Source: Rhizaria sp. SCN 62-66 (lineage: Eukaryota). Taken from it: 64,000 bases of DNA. Shown here piece after piece: positions 63,801 to 64,000 of the stretch (the first letter of the stretch is position 1; each line of letters starts with the position of its first letter). The notes beneath the pieces were generated by a model. That model ran no database searches. It worked only from the letters and a program-made list of their open reading frames with translations, and was not told where the DNA came from. Location: positions 1 through 64,000 of the forward strand of contig MEDY01000121.1 in the NCBI GenBank assembly GCA_001724265.1, in the 5' to 3' direction. The translations under genes and the position numbers were made by a program.

Positions 63801-64000
63801 GACGCTCTCCCTGTCCAGCGGCGCCACCAACGCGACTCAGGCGAGCGCAAGCGCAGGCAGCGCTGGCAGTCCAGGCTCCGGCGGCCCCCCGGCGCAGCCG
63901 ATGCTAGTTGGCAACCGCGGCGGCGGGCTGTTGCTGGCGCCCGCGCGGCAGCTGCGACAGCGCGTCCTCGCCACCTACCAGCAGGAGGCGCTGGCCGAAA
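58120..64000 (+). CDS. Tubulin polyglutamylase, TTLL4/TTLL5-type; continues past the window end
   Basis: Exons 58120-59551, 59748-60354, 60514-61049, 61240-62432 and 62626->64000. Motifs QRMNHFPG|IWALGRKD, WIAKPASSSCGRGI, SRYIANPYLIGGKKFDMRIYV, EGLAR|FCT, HLTNFSVNKK, FELLGFDVMID..PWLIEVNIGPSL..LDKRIK, RRGAFMRLFP. Confidence 0.92.
60805..60863 (+). repeat. GAC/GAT tract (polyAsp) inserted in the TTL domain
   Basis: Read directly. Confidence 0.9.

Noticed and set aside
1-64000. tRNA (including a CUA suppressor), rRNA, CRISPR array, transposon or viral insert
   Set aside because: I saw no cloverleaf with A/B boxes, no repeat-spacer periodicity, and no transposase, reverse transcriptase or terminal repeats. 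A small RNA in the intergenic stretches could be missed without covariance-model searches.

Overview
Eukaryotic nuclear DNA, probably from a flagellated protist (inferred from cilium/microtubule genes). It has GC-rich exons packed with Ala/Ser/Gln/Gly low-complexity tracts and AT-richer introns of 117-310 nt. I built 11 gene models by hand, 10 of them spliced: RAD50 (5' part), a giant ~6,600-aa unknown protein, DAD1/OST2, a small secreted saposin-like protein, an AASDHPPT/Lys5-type phosphopantetheinyl transferase, a 4-TM protein with an SHP-box-like tail, katanin p80, a SHIPPO-repeat protein, SEC31, a USP7-like MATH+UBL protein without a protease domain, and a TTLL4/5-type tubulin glutamylase (5' part). 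The main finding is evidence for a non-standard nuclear genetic code. Four in-frame TAG codons (11484, 16848, 25092, 30249) interrupt otherwise continuous single-frame coding sequence in two genes, while all nine complete gene models end in TAA (7) or TGA (2). Local peptide context favours UAG=Gln, though Leu is not excluded. Other points are a very strict GTACG 5' splice site (22 of 24 introns) and several unusual domain architectures. All homology calls come from motif recognition by eye; no searches were run.
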